The position numbers and the translations under genes were made by a program. The notes beneath the pieces are model-generated. The model saw only the letters and a program-made list of their open reading frames with translations, was not told the DNA's origin and searched no databases. This document shows, piece after piece, positions 25,673 through 40,000 of a stretch of DNA of 64,000 nucleotides (position 1 is the first letter of the stretch; the number at the start of each line of letters is the position of its first letter). Source of the DNA: Perna viridis. Lineage: Eukaryota. The DNA lies in assembly GCA_037379345.1 (NCBI GenBank), contig CM074513.1, positions 50,013,195-50,077,194 on the forward strand. Reading direction: 5' to 3'.

Positions 25673-28600
25673 GTAAGTATTCGAAAGTGTTATATATTTT
25701 ATTTAAGAATCGAGTGGTAAAACAAACTTCATGACCTTCTGCAGATCTGACAAAATGTTTCCAGTTTAGATGATCTCTATGCAAATCCATCACCCTATTT
25801 CTACATCTCTTGAGAAGTGGAAAAGAGAATGTTTTGGAACTGTATCAAAATAAAGTTTCAAGCTGATTTTGTGTTGTTTTACTTAAAGACTTGCTCAATG
25901 ATATACAGAATATTACATAGCACTCATCTGTGAACAGAAACAAAAATCGACACGATATTCCAATATACACATTTTATGTACCACACCTCTGGCAACAAAT
26001 TACATTGTACAAGAACATAAAAACAACTTGGAATACCATGAATAGTAAGCAATTCAATTCTTGACAAACAAAGCTACGTTATTGACTTATAGTATCTATG
26101 AAGATAAAAAAAAGCCCTAATAGTTAAACATTTTTTAGCTAACTCCATTACAAAAGGAAACGTATTATGGTTTACAATGTCAATATTCTGTATTTATTTA
26201 ACATATATTTTAGGTATACACGGAGAGTTAAACAGTACACTCTTGGGATCAACTGTAGTATTGTCGTGTGAAAGTATTTCTAGAGCAGATTGGTACGGTC
26301 CTTATGATGGTGGAAGTGTGGAAGTAACATTAGGATTTAATAATATGTTCTCAGGCGAGCTCAGAGAACGAATATTCACATCCGGAAATAAACTATTCAT
26401 CTCTAATATTCAGCCTAGTGATGAAGGGATATATAAATGTAGTGATGGGGAGGAGATTGTATCAACATTCAATTTATCAATACCTGGTAATTTCTTTTCA
26501 TTTTTTCTTCTTAAGTACTTCTCTGTCTAAGAGTCAGGCAAAATATGCATCAGGTGTGGCATATGAAGAAAAAAAAGCGCAGTGATTTTATTGTATTATC
26601 CAAGTATTTATTCTCCATAATCTCCAGAAATATCCATCAAAGTGTTTGTAAAGCCTTTTTTAGATATTGATATGTAAAATTTAGTTGAAATACACTATGG
26701 AAAAATTGCGGGAAATTTTCCCTCGCCTTTTCCTTATATCAGCAGTTAAAAAATATCTATGTTACAGATGCTTCATGATAAATTTAAATCGATCTTCAGG
26801 TGCTTTCTAGATGTATTGAAAATAACTAAATTTGGAAAAATGATGTGCTGCCCATTGCCTGATTCTGACACAGAATGGTACTTCAATGTTCCGTATCTGT
26901 TGTAATCTCAATGCATGATTCATTGATGTACTATCAATTCAGGTTGTACATATGAAACGGCCCTACCTACAAATATAAATAATTAATTGAGTTTTTTGAT
27001 TGATCGATTTTCTTCTATTTGTTTTAAAGTATCATCAGATGAACTAGGAAAAAAGGGGTAAATACACTTATTTCAAGGTGTATTTCAAAATTATGAGAGA
27101 AAGAGAAAAATAAAGTTAACTTTTTTTCTTCGGCTTAAAGAACTTTACATCATAAGTACTAGACAAAAGTGTCGAAGTTGTATGATGATTCTTTATAAAA
27201 GTTATTCCCCTTGAAAAGCGAAAAATGACCTCACTTAGCTTATATTTTGAAAACCATAATAGACACAAATATACCAACTTTCGGTTGATGAAAAGATTCT
27301 TCTTATAAAACCTACATATGTTCTCATAAGTTGCAGAAGGACTCCTTGTTAGAGTTATTACAGAGAGAAATCAAGGGAACCAAGGTTATAGCGGTAATCA
27401 AAAGACAAAGACAAGGACAAAGACCAGACATGAAAAACAAATATACACAACAAAAAACATAAAGTAACTAAAATCATACATACAAAGTAACAAAAATAAA
27501 TGAGCAACTCGGACTCCACTAAAAACTGGGAGCATGGACCAGGTGCACCGGTAGGGTAAGCATCCTCTGCTTTTCTAGAAACACTCGCCGAGTTTCTCAT
27601 AAAAAGTCAAGTCCGGGGTAGACAAAAGAGGAAAGGGAAACAATGACAGGTTGAATAAATCAGTTTTCATGTTGCAGATAGATACAACATAACGATCCAC
27701 GAGTTCATGATGACGACCATAAAACTTCTGTAGTGATGACTTCAATCTTGTAGCAACATAACCCTGTTCCAGAAGCCTATTTGTTAGAGCTCTAGCGCGA
27801 TACAAAAAGTCTGCGTAGTTTCGGCAAGCTGTGGCATAACGTATGAGTTGTGATATGAACATTCCATACGCAGGTGTTGAAGGGATGTTGCCACAGATGA
27901 AATAACGTTTTTGTAGTATTTAGACAATATCTTGAAAACTATAATAGATAGAAAGAACTTTCAACTGATGAAATGATCTTTATGACAAGCCCTACAAAAA
28001 CTTCAACTGAGTCATTGTAAGAAAAGACTTATATGAGGAATTGCTGACATTTGAAGAACCGTAGCAGATAGTAAAAATATCATAGTTGTTGGAATACTTT
28101 TGTATTTCAAACATAAAATATTCGTAAGGCGAAAAAATGAATGCAAGTGGGTGATATGGTTCCTTTAGTGCCTCTAATGGTTTATCTCGTTAGAAATTAA
28201 ATATACGGTCTGTAATATAAATTATTTGGGTATCATTGGTTGATTTTCCTTCCAGCTTTGATGTATTCAAGTGATAAGCAGTACTTTAGACACGTTGAAG
28301 TTGATATACTGATGAAGAAACTATTAGTTGGTTCGATGTAAGCCCTTACGATTATAAAATAACGATTATGAATGTAGATTTTGTTTTAAACTAACCACAT
28401 GCTTTAATATTTTCTGATAAAACATTTCAAATGTACTATGACCTTTCCAAAGGTAGAAACCATAACAACGCATGCTTATAACCCAACTATTTCACAGACA
28501 AACACAATCAAGATAAGCACGTTGACATTAAAAGTTAAGACGTTACGCACGCTATTGCGGCACATTCGGTAACATCAGAATTCGATGTTTGTCGACACTT

Positions 28601-30986
28601 TTCGTTTCTTGCTTGCTTGTTTATTGAAAAACGTGTACAGTAAAGCAAAATATACAATATTTTTTTATTGGTAGTAATTATTTAAAACATCTTGAACATT
28701 TCTTAAAAAATCGAAAAGATTGTTAATCAGTACTACCGGTAAATTAAATTTGCAAATGCGTGGAATGCAACCGCCACATATATGCACGCTATGTCTGTCT
28801 AGAGAGGGAATATAACAACTTACTCCTGCGATAAGTTAAAATGTGCATTTTGATATACATGTATGATTTTATGTTACAAGTACCAATAGAAGAATTTGTA
28901 CCTTTCACAACTTAGTATTTTGATTGAAAGAGCTTTATATCCATCTGAAAATCGGGCTTTCATCAACACCCATTAGATAGTTGATTGATTTTCGTTTCAT
29001 TTGCTCATTTGCGTTTTCTAAAATAAAAAAAAACTGTTTATGACTCCCTTTTCTGCATTCATTTTATCTATTAGCATTCTGCTTTTCTATACATTTTTAA
29101 AGTTCTGTCAACACTGTTTTGCGTTTCCGTCATTCTACTCCGATCGAATTCCTATAAACTATAAGAATTTATTCTATTCTTTTTTTTTTTGGTTTATTCT
29201 TTCGTTTGTTAATAACACAAAATACAGATACTCTTAGTCTTTTTATATCCCTTTGATTTCGATTTTTTTGTCTCTTTCAGTTGCATATTTTCTATACTTG
29301 TAATTGCAAAGACAAGTATAAGTGTCTAGTGCTTGTTATCTAAAGCCAAAATTATTTCCATTTCATTTCCCCATTTCCAAACGTTCAAAAAGTGAAAGTT
29401 TGACAAATCGCTAGACATTTGCTTTGTTCGAATTTTACCCATTTTAAACGGTTAAAACCATAAAAATGAAATGTGTGTATTCCTAAGTGTATGTACAATT
29501 ACAAAGTATTATTATTTCATAGAATAAATTGTCAATTGATTGTAGAATTGCGTTGGAGCATGACAATTTCTCAACGGACCCCGAAAATATTGACATATGA
29601 CATTTCGCTAGACATTTTCAAAAAGACGTAACTTTTTTGCTTGTAATGAAAATATTATCAAATGTCGACGTAGCATTGCTGAAAGTATGTACATTTTTAG
29701 GAAATATTAATCGGAAAAGAATATTGTGTAAATAAGTTCTTACATTATTAACAGATTTTGGTTACTGAACACTTTTAGAAATCTGACTATTTACCAACAC
29801 TTTCATTTTTGCATTGAATATTTTTTTTGCCTAAAATTAACGCAATTTCGATAATTATCTCCAAAGGAACATATGATATTATTCATCCATGCAAAGTTTG
29901 GCGAATTCCGTACCCTCTGCAATAGCGCAATTCACTATTTTAGCTTTTTTGAACCTACACTGTGTTACACATGACAATTTTGACGTTTTTTTTTACGAAT
30001 TTTTGGAAAGTTTAATGGATTATAAAGAATTAGAAGTACCATTTGTGACAAATATTCAGAACTTATTATTTGTCCTGATTCCAACAGTATACAGCTTTCA
30101 CATAATCACAGTTTTGATACTGTTTTAATCGTCATTTATAGTTTAGATAGGTGTGTTTTTTCAACACAGCGGCAATAGCGTGCGCGACGTCTATATGAAT
30201 TCGTTACGTCTTATCGTGTTTTGGTTCCATGCGGACATTTTTGTCATTACACCAATTGAAGTATCTCTTTCAAAATATAATTGGGGGGGGGTATGTTTCT
30301 TGTATGAGAGGAACTTTCTAATTAATTCATGCCTTTTATAGGAACAAGATATCAGTAATAGATTTGTCGCCACCCATGAAAAAGGTAATTGTCATTCTCT
30401 TATATATAAAATACCCGCCTATTCTTGCCTGCCTATATTCAACGTAAATTTTTACTTTATATAGACACCAGTGTAGTATATCAGATACATGCTGATCACT
30501 ATATTTTAACAAATATAACATTTTCACTAGAACCAATGTATTTAAAAAGATATTTACACTGGACGAGTTGGAATTGTGGATCCTCATACATTGCATGTCA
30601 TGCAGTGCAGCTTCCCTGAAGCGGTACAAAACAATTCATGTCACTTGCAATAGGTACTTTGTGAGGACAACATATGTTTTGTGCATATTTTAAAAGAAAT
30701 AATGTCCTATCGAACATAGATACTACTGAATGAGCTTGTCAGTGTTCTGGGAAAAAAAACACAAAGAAAAAACATATTTGTATGTGTTATCCCGTTTTCG
30801 ATATGTTATGTGTTGAGGGGTTTCAGTAGATTTCCCCTTTCCCGAGTTTTAATATTGTAAACATTATATTTGTGTTTATATTTCAGATAAGTAAAAATAT
30901 TCCTGCCAACAGAAATAACGTAGACAATTGTGTATTATCGCATACTCGGGTACGCTTTCAAATTTTATATGTTAGAACTTAGGTAC

Positions 30987-31019
<33 letters not shown>

Positions 31020-34000
31020 AGATATTGCGAAACGTAACAATTGCTCCAGCATAATGTATAACGTTATTCCAAAACTGTACATATGTAATACATAATTTTT
31101 CTAAGATTATAATTCTTTTATACTAATGGTTTTGATCAGATGTGGCGGGGGCTTGTTAGGTTAAATCGAAAGACATACACATTTTAAATCCATTATGTTA
31201 GATCTGTGTTTTGTCCGTTTCTAGACTCCATACTGTCAAAATCACATCAGACTTTTAGCTAAAGTATCGGACACTATATGGAAAGTGTGTGGAACAAACG
31301 GTGGCAGTCCAACAGGATACCAGTTCAACATTACTGGTGGCTTTTACGAAGAAACAGAAAGTGTTCCATGTTCTAACGATCCTTTCCACAGCTCTACAGC
31401 GGTTTTTGTTGGTAATCCTCCTTGATCAATGTAAACTTGCTGTAAATCTAATGTTTATCCTCGGTCGTTTAATGTAAATGGATCAGGCAAAGTCCACTCT
31501 GCGACAGGCATTCAATAAACTGCAACAGACGTTTTAACCGTAAATCAAAGAAGTGAACATTGAAATGAGATTAAAACGGTATTTGAAGATAAGGATGACT
31601 TAAACATTATTTGTTTGTTCTCTATGATAGATAGTTATATGCCAACAAAGTTTTATATTTACCCAAAAGCACATAATCTACTTTCTAGCGGTTACAGGAA
31701 GTTTGTTTTTCATAAATCACAAAACTTGAAAACCAAGTATGCTAACTGTTGAAATGATTTTCCTTTTGAATTCCCGATGAAAATAGTCCTATAATGGACA
31801 GATTGCAATTGAAGAAAATGGACTTTTCATCAATCCATGTTTCCACTTTCTTGGAATTTTTACAAAAAACGATGATTCAGATTTGAATGAATATAATTGT
31901 TTGGTCATTTAAACAGTTTTAAAAAATTTAGTCCTTGACCACATTTTGCTTAGATAATCAATGTAGGGACACTGCATGCTTGTCCATTTTGTCCCAAAGT
32001 TAGTCATCTCGCTTTACTTATTTCATGATTGAATACAATTCTGAAACCCAAATTTATTCATTATAGGAAGTTTGTCTTTGACATATTTGGTCATTAATTC
32101 ACTTTAAGCCAATAGTGGATACAAAAAAAAATGAAGCAGCTAGAACTATTCAGGATAAAATTTACATGTACTGAACTTAAAAATCAAAATTTCCAAAATT
32201 TTATTTATTGACCTTTAAAATTTCGAATTAAAGATGTTAATCGATTTTAAGCTTTTTTTTCTCAAAATTGAATAGATAACAGATTATTCAGTTCGCTGTA
32301 GGTTCTTATATTACAATCAATATGTGCATCTGGTTAAAGGTTGGACACCCGCAGTCGTATCAAGCTACGCCCTTAGGAATATATTGATTTAAGATGTATC
32401 TAACTTGGTCATAAACTGTGTTAGATTAGCGATCAATTAGTCTATGGATTGTTTTGCCTCTTACATTTTCCTGTTTGATAGTCATCATTATATGGTTATA
32501 TTGTGGGTGTTTCACTTTGACAATTATACATGTATACGTAGTTTCGGACACTTAACGACATCACGTTTTGATCTGATCTTATGTACAAATGATCTTAAGT
32601 AGCGTACACTTGTAAGTAAAACATTCACGAAAACATTCTTGTAAGTTTGAATAATCTCTGCTTGAGTTTCATTGTATTTCTTTCCTTCAAACGTTCATCT
32701 TATGGAAAGGCATTTGAACAACATGTCACCCAAATTTGAAGTATCGGAATTTCTAATAACTTAACAAGTTTTTTGCAGAGCCTCTACAATCCGGTGGTAG
32801 ACCTCACATTTACTATGGCTCCGTGTATTACTCTGACCGAACAATACAAAGACCAATATACAATACAGCTGGATCCATCCGGGAATACATGAAAGGTGTT
32901 GATAGCAACAACTGGATGAAAAGTATGGCCATGGAACAAATTAATTTTGTATACTGCATAATTCAACTGAATTTAACTAAGTTTGACTTCCACTTGCGAC
33001 AAAAGTTGTTTCAGACTAGTTTTTGTGTGTATTTGTTCACCAAGTGAACTCTCATAGAGTGGTTAATGTTCTATAATTTGATTTTTTTTTGTCTTCAACA
33101 AGGAATACAAAAAGATGAGCAGACCGAAATACCTCATTGTATTACTGTATTGAATGGGTACAATGTGATCAAGGACTTTTGATTTTTTAGTCACTACATA
33201 AGATACATGTAAATACAAATTGTAGATGGCTTTGATCGTATTGATCATTTGATGAAGGTTGGAAGTTTATAAAGGTCCGGTTATTTCTTGATTTCACCAA
33301 TAAAACGGTAGTGTATATCGAGGTTCGTATTACATTAAACATGAAAGATAATAATTAAACAGGACACAGCCTAATTATACGATTTTGTGTTGTGTTGAAC
33401 ACTCGTGATTGGATAAAACCATTCGTTGACATAACTGAAGCGGCAATATGAAAACGAAGATGATACATAGAACTTCTATCCGACATTGAAAACAATGGTT
33501 GCAGAATCAGTCTATGACGTTGAGACTAATATAGCCACGTGAATATAACTCAATCAATGAAATGACGCACGATAAGTGTGCACTTTCAAATAATTGGGCA
33601 TGGATGTCGTGACAATGACAGTTCAATCACCCCACCGGCCAGTGGGTACAAATTTTATATGGACGCCAAGACAAAAACAGTCTTTACCTACGAAAGATAT
33701 TCAAAAAATATTGTTTGATGCAAAGATTTATTTATTTCCCCATAAATCGTACAAAAATGTTATAACCTCCCGTAATCGTCTCTAATTATTTAGATAGCCA
33801 GTAAATGTGTTGGAGGGATTCGGCTAACGCCTCACCTTCCAGCATAATTTACTGACTGTCTTAATTACCGAAGACGGTCGCCTCGGAACTGGATAGATAC
33901 TAGATAGTAAATACAATTGTCTCTAAACACAGTAAATGATTGGTCAAGGTATACATTGTTTTTATTTGTTTACCTATTTAAATTTTGTTTACTTAAGTTA

Positions 34001-37000
34001 AATATTTAAAATATGATAAAATATTCTAACTAAAGACAGTTTGGCTTTAGTAAAATTTGTTTATTTCTTGAAGCTTTTTGTGTTTCCACTTCTTTCAGAT
34101 CCAGAATTTATAGGATCGTTTGAGCTAAATGACACTGTGCTGTTTTTCTTCCGAGAAGAGGCTGTTGAAGTTGACCAAAAGAACCCTAGAATATACTCAA
34201 GGGTAGCTAAAGTCTGCAAGGTAATGTACACAACCAGGTTTTTTTCGAGGACTAATTATTGTAAATATGAATTACAATTACATGTACCTAAGAAAGGATT
34301 AGGCAAAGAGCAACATTTAATTTAAAAGTCTGGAAACAGTGCTGCAGATTATTTTCAATCTGAATATTTTATTTAATGGAAGGCATCTTTTAAAACATTT
34401 TTTTTCTTGGTAAAAGATATATTTGTTGATATAAACATTCAATCAGTATTCTATATTCTATGTTTACAAAGGGTAAAGCAGAATGAGGTCTCATCCTTGT
34501 TCTAGAAACAAATCCAAATTTTACGGTATGATAGTCAGAATACTGAGCCACTTTTCATCGTTTTCAATTATGCTAAAACATTGTACATACATACATATTA
34601 CTCATTGATTGATTTCCCCGGACAAATCCAAATCAATTTACTTTTTTTTTGGAGATTGAGGCCTGGGTCATCAAGTTCAGAGGTACACATACAACAACTG
34701 TTTTCAATTATTATTGAAAAACTGTACCCATTGTTAGTGTAAGATGTATACTGTATTGATTGTGACTTCAGAAAGACAAAGGTGGAAATACTCAACTTAG
34801 GAATAAATGGACCAGTTTCCAGAAGGCTAGACTTACTTGTTCTACTCACGGGAAATACCCCTTTTACTTTGACGTATTACGTAGGTAGATTCGAGTATGT
34901 AGGTATGCTTATAAAATTCGCCGTGTAATTTACGCTTTTTAGCAGAGTATTGGATGTGTTGTACTCAGATTGTAACGAAGATCAAGGTTAATAGTCCAGT
35001 GTACCAGCATACAATACATTTGTAGTTCCTGAAATATTTTGTATATCATTTACAAGTCTGGGCACAGATTGGTATATGCCGAGGGGCAAGTATGGACGCA
35101 ACCTGGTATTGCCCAAAGAGCAAATTTGAACATACATACGTTTTGTCTTGAAAGAATAACCAATGATAACTAAGATTCTATATCATTAAATACATCAAGA
35201 GGCACTGTCAGTATCATTTGGTTTCAGAACCACATAACATGTATGTACATTCAGCATAAAACACTGTTATTAACTTTTCTTTACGATCTTTATTTGTATA
35301 TAAATAGACATTTGATGCAAGAAGTTGGAATTCTGTTCTTTCATACCCCAAGCCAAGTCAGAAAAAAGCTTGCCAGACAATCTCTAGCGCTACTGGGGTA
35401 ATTAATAAATAGACCATCCGTTTAGGCCTAAAAATGTTTCCGGTCACCCTACACAATGACCCACATTCACCGGTTTGACTATGCCCGGGGGTTTGTAAAC
35501 GCCTTGATGCTTTACACCGTCCGTGAGAGACCCCAAACGATAGCCAAGGACGTTAAGAAACATCTCAGTCCATCGTGTATTACACATATGAATGCAAACA
35601 GGGTCTATCAGTATTGAGTATATACGTTAGCACGAAAACGAAAATTAAACCAAGCAAAAGAACAGACAGCTAGTGGTCAGCGTCACTCATATCGTACAAA
35701 TGATTGGCTAACACTGTGTTACCAAAGATTTTTGGGGATTTTAGTGGTTTATAACCACAAAGACAGTCGAATTATCTCATAGAAGCAACCATGTTCTAAC
35801 TTTATAATGCATGAAATGAAGTAACGGATATACGGAAAGTGCTATCATTTTCAACTTTATTGTTATAGTGTTATTTAAATACTGATATAACTGGGCCTAA
35901 TTCACTCATGCATTAATCAAATATCCATGATTATCAACCAAACAATACAAACAGCGCTTGACGTTCCCATTGCCAAAGAAACATATTTTTATTTTGTAAT
36001 ACTAGAGACTCTGTGACGATGTTGCACTTTTTTACTCTTTACCATCCAATATCTCAGAATTATAATCCAAGAGTATGTAATAACATGTTTATAGTCATGA
36101 TATAATCAGTTAGTGTAATAACATGTATAGTCTCGATACATACTGAAAATTACATGCTAAATCTGTATCATATGCTTTACCAACCAAAGACTAGATATCA
36201 CCCCAAGTCCACTAGGCCGAGGAGTGATATAGTCGAGAATGGATACGGCATTGGATACAGACTTTGACATGTCATGTTCACTTTGTCACATATTTTAACT
36301 GTACTTAAAGTGTGTTCCGAATAGGTGTGCAACATAGGCTTAGGGCTGCGATATAGGTCTAGGGGTGTGGTAAATTTATGCGGTATAGGGTTTAAACAAT
36401 CACTTATAATGCATATACAAAAAAACCGTATACTTTACCTTAAATATATGATTTAACCAGTTAATGTAAAACCATATGTAGATTTAATATAACCAGTTAT
36501 TGTAATATCACATGCAGTCAAGATATAACGGGTTTTTATCCTTAGTTAAAACTTTAATTTAATAAATTGTACTTTTTTTACAGAGGATGTCGTGACAGCG
36601 GACAAGGTCACGTTTTATGCACTTTTCACAAGGTACATTCATGTTTATCTGTGAACATTATACATATTCCTTACCCATGCCTGCCATGAAAGTATCAAAA
36701 TCGTGGTATCATAGCCTGTATGAACTATGTATCGACATCGATGTACATCAATTTACCAATGTTGATATTACATGTACCACCGATTTTATTACAATTGCGG
36801 TGTAATTTAGTAAGGGTGCTTCGTTTGTATCTTTTTTATTCTTTTATATTTATATGTATCCGTGTATAACGATAAGAGAAATCACTGAATTAAGTTCGAA
36901 ATACCCTTATTGTACAATGCTATTGTAAAAAGATATGTAACTAAAAGTGACCAATGTAATTTTGTTTGTGAATTTAAGGTAGTAGACCTGGGTACCCCTA

Positions 37001-40000
37001 AAATGTTCCCATAATTCAATTTTCTTTAAATTTGTACATGCTATTTAAGTAACTGTGGCGCATCATTTGTTAAGTATTTAAGAAAATGCACCATGCAGAT
37101 TTTGAACAGTGAAGACTAAAATATTGCTATTTTAAGAAACCTGAATCACTGACCAAACTGATCCATATCTGGTATTTAAGGGTTATTTTGACAATATATT
37201 CAAATAAATAACTGAATATTAAGTCAAATTCACTTTAAAAGGATTAATATATGAGATTGAACATGAAATTTTATTCTATCCTTTTTGTTTTCTTATGCTG
37301 AACAAAGCAACAAAATGAAACAGAAAGCTTGAAGTCTTATAAGAAATTATGAAAAAGTATAGTTTTTTTTTTAACTCTAAAAGGTTAAGGAATTATGAAA
37401 CTGGGAAGGTTACTAGTACTGGTTAGCCGTACTGTCTCACGACAAGAGATTATGTTCATATTTCAATTTGAATATTTTATCTAAAGGAATTTTGGTTGGC
37501 AGTAGAAATCATCATTTTAAAACGTTTTCCCACCTTATAAAAATATATTCCTCAGTGTACCCATTTGAAATATTTTATCAATAGATCTACTTCAAAAGAG
37601 CAGAGTTGCTGGGGCTGGCATCTTTGTTCTAGAAGTTGAAACCTTTCTTGGAGTTATTTCCATTTAACATCAGTATCACTTTGAAGCTTGCATATTAGGA
37701 GTCATTCAAACGCTCTTAGTGACTAAAATCCTTTTAATTTGGATTACCTCCCTTACCCCAGGTCTACTACCTTAAGGAATCTGTTAGTGTAAGAATTTTA
37801 ACAATAGCACTAAAAATGTATATAACCAAGAAGTAATACATATCTTTTGCATAAATTTAATAGATCATAGATACGTTTATGCTTACGTTATCTTCCCTAT
37901 ACAAATTTGATCCGATGTAGCAGTGAAGCGAATAGTCGTCACATTCTGAGACATTTGCATGATATTGATTTGTTGTGACATGTAATTAATTTAATTTGAT
38001 CCTCTATCCTACATAACACTACCTATAAGCTGTCTCGTACTACCATACATCGTATAATAAGTTAAAGCCCTAGATTAATTCTACGAGGAGGAATGACCCG
38101 TCTATCGAAAGCTGTATTTTATATAGCTTGGCTGGTGGAGTGGTCTAGGGCGCTGGACTTTGTGCAGGCGGTGCTGCTATAGATGCCAAAGCGGTACGAG
38201 TTCGAGTCCCGCTGAGGGAATACCCAAACATTAGCTTGAGCAAATTTGATAGTTCTAACATCGTTTGGAATTTTCCAGACCCTTCTATTCTGACGTCTGT
38301 ATCAATTTGATCCGATAGAGCATTGTAGCGAATAGAATCGTCACATTCTGAGACGTTTATGTATATATACATATATATAAATTTATATTATTTCTGAAAT
38401 CAGGCATACTGAAGGAGACATTTTCTCCAACAAATATGTTTTTATGCACTTTAACCTTCCCCTAACATATTCTCAAGTCCAACATTTGGTTCTTTCAGAT
38501 AATTTTGAACCATTACGTTTTTAGTGAAATTTCTAGTTGTTTGAAAGTTTTGCTTAAAATTACTGTTAAATACTTCATGTCTACATGAGTAGTTTTGGTT
38601 TCAAAAAGGTAATTTTAACACTGATAATTTGATGTTTGCGACCTGTAGAAAACATGTATTTTTATCTGAAGTAATGTTGTTAACCTTAGTGCTGTTTGTC
38701 TTTTTTTCCTAGCTCTGGAATATCTGCTTCTGCTATCTGTGCGTACACATTGTCTAATATCGAGCAGGTTTTTTCCGGACAATTCATGTATCAGCCTAAT
38801 CCATCGTCATATTGGAAACCAGTCCCAGACATCCCAAGTCCAAGACCTGGTCAGGTGGGTATCTTAAATATGATAAAAATATAAACTTCAAGCCATTTTA
38901 ATCGAGAGAGCAATAAATTACCTTTTTTAAGAACAGCGTAAACGTTTAAAAAGAAAAAAAAAACGTCTCATTTGATAAATTTTAGAGTTTTGTCTTCTTT
39001 GTAGTGTTCAGACGATTCCCTGACTCTTCCAGATGCCACATTAGAATTTATAGCCAACAGGCCACTAATGTACGAAAATGTTCCCCCAAAGTCAGGAAAA
39101 CCAATTTTTGTCATGGAAAAAGAAAATTTAAAACAATTTGAGATACACAGAAACATAAAAGAATTGGTATTTTATGTAGCATCAAGTAAGTTTTATTTTT
39201 AGATACTAGTATTCATATGTTCAGTAAGTTCATAAGAACTGGAATATTTATTGTTCAAGCACACAGCCCGCAATTGAAAACAATGAGAATGAAGAACATC
39301 CTTCGAAAGTGTTCCTATTAGCTGTACTGGTATATATGTTACCATAAGTCAGTGCAAGTTTAATTCTGTTAGTTCTCGTCCTGAAATGCATGACAAATCT
39401 GACAATGGATATTAAACTACAATGTATTTATACTGATTGTTTCAAAGATGAAGTGATGATGAAATGATTGTTGTTAGTTTCATTGTACCCGGTTTTATTA
39501 AATAATATATTGAAATTTTCCGTAAAATCCTCGAGTTTTTCCTCAAATCTTCAATTCTCAAGCGATTTCATTAGTCGACATTTGAGTTGATGAAGGAAAA
39601 TCTCAATTCGACTACTGAATAATCTGAATGGTACCACGTAAATAGTATATTAATTGTTTATTTTTCAGACCAAGGAGTTATATACAAACTATTTTCGAAA
39701 AACTCAAAGACATATATCGTTAGTTCATTTAAGGCAAAACAATTTGGAAAAAGTGACGCTGCAATTTGGTCAATTAAACAATTTGTAAGTATGTTACAGA
39801 AATTAACCTGTCCATCGATGATATACTTTCTGTGTCTGGAAGAGGTGATTGTGGTCTACATTGGTTAAACAAAAGCAGTCTATGTTTTATGTTCTATGCT
39901 TAAAGCTTTATTTTCCATAAAGATGACAAAGTTATTGCTTATACTACATATATTTCCCTCAAGAAAGCGTGAACAAGTATCACCTGAATTATTGAGTAAA

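Noticed and set aside
30425-30619. ORF in intron 4 as an extra semaphorin exon
   Set aside because: All three frames from the AG at ~30464 hit stops before a convincing donor, there is no Sema motif, and exons 4 and 5 already join in phase.
38126-38215. Functional tRNA gene
   Set aside because: A and B boxes are present, but I could not build a proper acceptor stem or anticodon arm, and a diverged second copy shares a non-tRNA 3' extension.
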